A stretch of 64,000 nucleotides of DNA from an uncultured Gemmatimonadaceae bacterium (GTDB lineage Bacteria; Gemmatimonadota; Gemmatimonadetes; Gemmatimonadales; Gemmatimonadaceae). Both the position numbers and the translations under genes were made by a program. This document shows, in pieces, positions 58,989-64,000 of this stretch; the stretch's first letter is position 1, and each line of letters opens with the position of its first letter. A model generated the notes under the pieces. It searched no databases. It saw nothing but the letters and a program-made list of their open reading frames with translations, and had not been told where the DNA came from. The DNA is taken from the NCBI GenBank assembly GCA_963740355.1, contig CAVUDW010000002.1:1952001-2016000 (forward strand), read 5' to 3'.

Positions 58989-59943
58989 CCGATTCCACAC
59001 CGACGCCGGTGACGCTTGGCCCCGGACGCGAGTTTGCGTCCATCGCACGCTGGGTGCGGCAATGGGGGACACGTGCGCACGGAATTGGTGATGACGCCGC
59101 GATCCTCGATGTACCATCCGGAACACGACTGGTCGTCAGCACCGACACCACCACCGAAGACGTACACTTTCGTCGCCCGTGGCTCACCCCACTCGAGATC
59201 GGATGGCGTGCCGCCATGGCCGCACTCTCCGACCTCGCTGCGATGGGTGCGGAGCCGCTCGGTGTGCTGATCGCGCTCGGTGCCCCAGCGTCATGGGACG
59301 GCGCGCTCGACGAGGTGCTGCACGGAATTGGTGACGCGTGCGCGGCTGCCAAGGCGCCCATCATCGGCGGCGACACGACCCGCTCGCCGGTGCTCAGCCT
59401 CAGTATCACCGTGCTCGGCACGGCCACGGAGCCGATGCGGCGTGACGGCGCCAAGCCGGGCGACTGGATATACCTCACGGGCGCGCTCGGCGGCCCCGGC
59501 GCCGCTGTGGCGGCCTGGTACGCGGGCAAGACGCCGATGGCCACCCACCGCGCGAGGTTCGCCCGTCCGGTGGCAAGGCTGAGCATGGGTGCCTGGTGCG
59601 CGGCGAACGGCGCGACCGCCGCCATCGACCTCTCAGATGGCCTCGTCGCCGACGCCAGCCACATCGCAGCGGCCTCGGCCGCCAGACTGGTGATCGAGCT
59701 CGGCTCGCTGCCTGTTCTGGGCGGCGTGCTGGCCCGCGATGCGCTGGCCAGTGGTGAGGAGTACGAACTGCTGGTGACAGGGCCGGCCGGAATGGACGCC
59801 GCTGCCAAGGCCGCGCGGATTGGCACACTGACCCCGATCGGACGTGTGTTTGCCCCGACACCGGCCGAAGGATCAGGTGTGATCGTGCGGGACGGGCCGC
59901 GGCGCGTTGACCCCCCAGCCGGTTACGACCACCTTTCGCCGTA

Positions 59944-59944
<1 letters not shown>
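58985..59944 (+). CDS. thiL: Thiamine-monophosphate kinase
   Basis: GIGDDAA, SDLAAMGA, GGDT, IDLSDGL and GEEYEL motifs. Confidence 0.95.
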
Positions 59945-62075
<2,131 letters not shown>

Positions 62076-62107
62076 TCGTGTTCGACGTGAACCGGGCGGG
62101 GCGCTAG

Positions 62108-62479
62108 GTGGCGCGCAAGCAGCTGACGGAAGAGGATCCGCCGAGGAAACGGCGGCCTCTCTTCTTTGCGCTCAAGCTCGCGTTCTGGATCGTGGTGGCG
62201 TACTTCGCGGTGGAAGGTGGCGAGTATGGCACCAGCGATTTGTTCAACGTGCGCGGTCGAATCGCGGAGACGAAGATCGCGATCGATTCACTGAAGCGTG
62301 ATGTCGATTCGCTGACGCTCGAGAAGAAGGACGTGATGACGAATCCGGCGGTGCAGGAGCGGATCGCGCGCGAGCAGTTCGGGATGGTGAAGGGTGATCG
62401 CGAGCTCGTGTATCACGTGTTGCCGCGGGATTCGGGCGCGGTGTCGCCGGACAGCATGGCGCGGGTGCCGTCGCCGTAA
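62108..62479 (+). CDS. ftsB: Septum formation initiator (FtsB/DivIC family)
   Basis: TM helix, coiled coil, ERIAREQFGMVK.E; directly after eno. Confidence 0.85.
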   Translation: MARKQLTEEDPPRKRRPLFFALKLAFWIVVAYFAVEGGEYGTSDLFNVRGRIAETKIAIDSLKRDVDSLTLEKKDVMTNPAVQERIAREQFGMVKGDRELVYHVLPRDSGAVSPDSMARVPSP

Positions 62480-62520
62480 GGATCGGCGCTAGCCCTTTGG
62501 CGTTCGGCAATCAAAGAAGA

Positions 62521-62555
62521 AACGCGGCGTCCTGAGTGAATCAGGACGCCGCGTT
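62521..62555. terminator. Bidirectional terminator-like hairpin
   Basis: aacgcggcgtcctga-gtgaa-tcaggacgccgcgtt between convergent genes. Confidence 0.7.
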
Positions 62556-62620
62556 GTACTTCGTGGTACCGACGCGATGCTGGAACTGCTTCCTGCGGCG
62601 CGCGTGCTGACGACGATCGC

Positions 62621-63193
62621 TTACGCGGAGCGGCGGCGGCGTGAGACCACGGCCAAGCCAAGCAGGCCAGAGGCGAGCAGGACGTACGTCGACGGCTCCG
62701 GGACGACGTTCAGCGTACCGGTGTAGAGCGTCGCGTGCGAGAGGCCGTTCGGAATTTCATTGGCGTTGATGCTCACGCCGGACGTGACGTAGTTCACCGA
62801 GCTGACGCCCGCGCCACTATTGAGGAAGTAGTAGAGGCTGAACGCATTGCCGGCCTTGACGGCAAGGACGAACGGACCGGTGATGATGTTGTCGAACGTG
62901 AGCGTGCCGGAGATGCCGACGCCATTGCCCAGGAACGGGCCGGAGTTCGCATCATCGGACGAGCCGAGTGAGGACCAGGTCCCGCCGAACGCGGCGAGCT
63001 GAGCCGCAACACCGGCCTGCTGATTCTTGTTGTTGCCTTCGAAGGCGCCGAGGCAGCTGGTGGCGCCCATGTTGGCGATCGCGTTGCCGTTGTTGCACGC
63101 GGGTGAAACCGACGTCAGCTGTGCCGAGGCGCGCGACGGAAGCGCGACCAAGGTGCCGACGGTGAGCAGAGCGGTGAAGATGCGACGTCGCAT
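62621..63193 (-). CDS. PEP-CTERM sorting domain protein
   Basis: Signal peptide; ends VPEPSTYVLLASGLLGLAVVSRRRRSA. Confidence 0.93.
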   Translation of the reverse strand: MRRRIFTALLTVGTLVALPSRASAQLTSVSPACNNGNAIANMGATSCLGAFEGNNKNQQAGVAAQLAAFGGTWSSLGSSDDANSGPFLGNGVGISGTLTFDNIITGPFVLAVKAGNAFSLYYFLNSGAGVSSVNYVTSGVSINANEIPNGLSHATLYTGTLNVVPEPSTYVLLASGLLGLAVVSRRRRSA

Positions 63194-63261
63194 GATGACC
63201 TGGTCATGGGATTTTTTGTGCGCAGGCGCAGGTGGGCGCGCTGCAACAACTGTCACTAGGG

Positions 63262-63277
63262 TGCAACGCTGATGCCA
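63262..63277 (-). promoter_or_regulatory. Sigma-54 -24/-12 promoter of the PEP-CTERM gene
   Basis: TGGCATCAGCGTTGCA (GG-N10-GC). Confidence 0.75.
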
Positions 63278-63495
63278 CCGCGAACGTCGCCAGGAAGTCG
63301 CTGATCCGGGACGAAATGCGGACACTCTTGCCCGATTAGTTGATATATCGAGACGTATGGCGTTCTCTGCCGTGATACACGATGTGGCATTCGAGCGACA
63401 CCGTCGACGGCGGTGCTGCACATAGGCGCGCGGCCCGCGCAGGTGTGGCGGTCGGTCGGCAGTGCGATCGTGGCGAAATTTGCGTTCGAGGGCAG

Positions 63496-63523
63496 TTGAC
63501 TCTGCGGCGAGCCTGACTATCCT
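63496..63523 (+). promoter_or_regulatory. Sigma-70 promoter of the tRNA
   Basis: TTGACT-N16-TATCCT, 10 bp before the tRNA. Confidence 0.65.
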
Positions 63524-63533
63524 TCTGTTCTGC

Positions 63534-63607
<74 letters not shown>

Positions 63608-63610
63608 TAC

Positions 63611-63646
63611 ACAAACGGCCCGTCGAGTCATCGACGGGCCGTTTGT
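63611..63646. terminator. Bidirectional terminator
   Basis: acaaacggcccgtcga-gtca-tcgacgggccgtttgt. Confidence 0.8.
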
Positions 63647-63664
63647 GCGTTCTACGCGAGTGCT

Positions 63665-64000
63665 TTACGGACGGGCCAGTGCGTTCACGACTTCGACGTC
63701 GAACACCAGCACGCTGTTCGGCGGGATGACGATGTTGCCGGCCTGGTCGCGCACCGTGGAGTACTGGTAGGCTGACTCCGGTCCGACCACCATCCGGCGC
63801 ACGCCGCCGACCTTGGCGCCGGCGAGGCCAGCGACCCAGCCCTTGATCAGGCGCACGGAATCGAGGACGGTGCCGAATGGTGCGCTGGGACGACCGAGCG
63901 AGTCGAAGCGGAAGCCGCCCGCCAGCTTGCCCGTGTAGTAGACCGAGATGCTGTCGCCCGGCACGACGGTACGGCCGGTGCCGACGGAGACATCCTGCGT
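63665..64000 (-). CDS. FKBP-type peptidyl-prolyl isomerase, 5' end outside the window
   Basis: VYYTGKL..G..FDS, LIKGW..GL.G.KVGG.R, IPPNSVLVFDVE. Confidence 0.9.
   Translation of the reverse strand, partial: TQDVSVGTGRTVVPGDSISVYYTGKLAGGFRFDSLGRPSAPFGTVLDSVRLIKGWVAGLAGAKVGGVRRMVVGPESAYQYSTVRDQAGNIVIPPNSVLVFDVEVVNALARP

Overview
High-GC bacterial chromosome segment; gene content and protein style suggest Gemmatimonadota (inference). The left ~28 kb is accessory. It holds an ECF sigma/anti-sigma-like/HEAT-repeat operon, creatininase, a sigma2-like::FecR hybrid, GH78 rhamnosidase and a Uma2 nuclease. Next is an rtcB RNA-ligase locus preceded by an unannotated tRNA-like RNA and other structured non-coding segments, with no Ro60/TROVE, rtcA or rtcR in view. 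Then come a photolyase, a run of unrelated secreted/enzyme genes separated by a palindromic GGTGACAGTGCAC repeat with gene-end remnants beside it, and a small integrase-less attC cassette array. The right ~36 kb is mostly core genes: DUF2723, purH, purN, valS, thrS, thiolase/hbd/acyl-CoA dehydrogenase, Leu/Phe/Val dehydrogenase, rpiB, glyA, nnr, thiL, plsC, eno, ftsB and tRNA-fMet. These are interrupted by several families of nested inverted-repeat elements that bracket inserted genes (DUF4287/DUF5655 gene, TonB receptor, GH51). Four +1 frameshifts at 28.5-31.6 kb are most likely consensus errors. The best novelty candidate is the tRNA-mimic/rtcB locus (9.2-11.7 kb). All calls were made by eye from motifs; no searches or folding programs were run.
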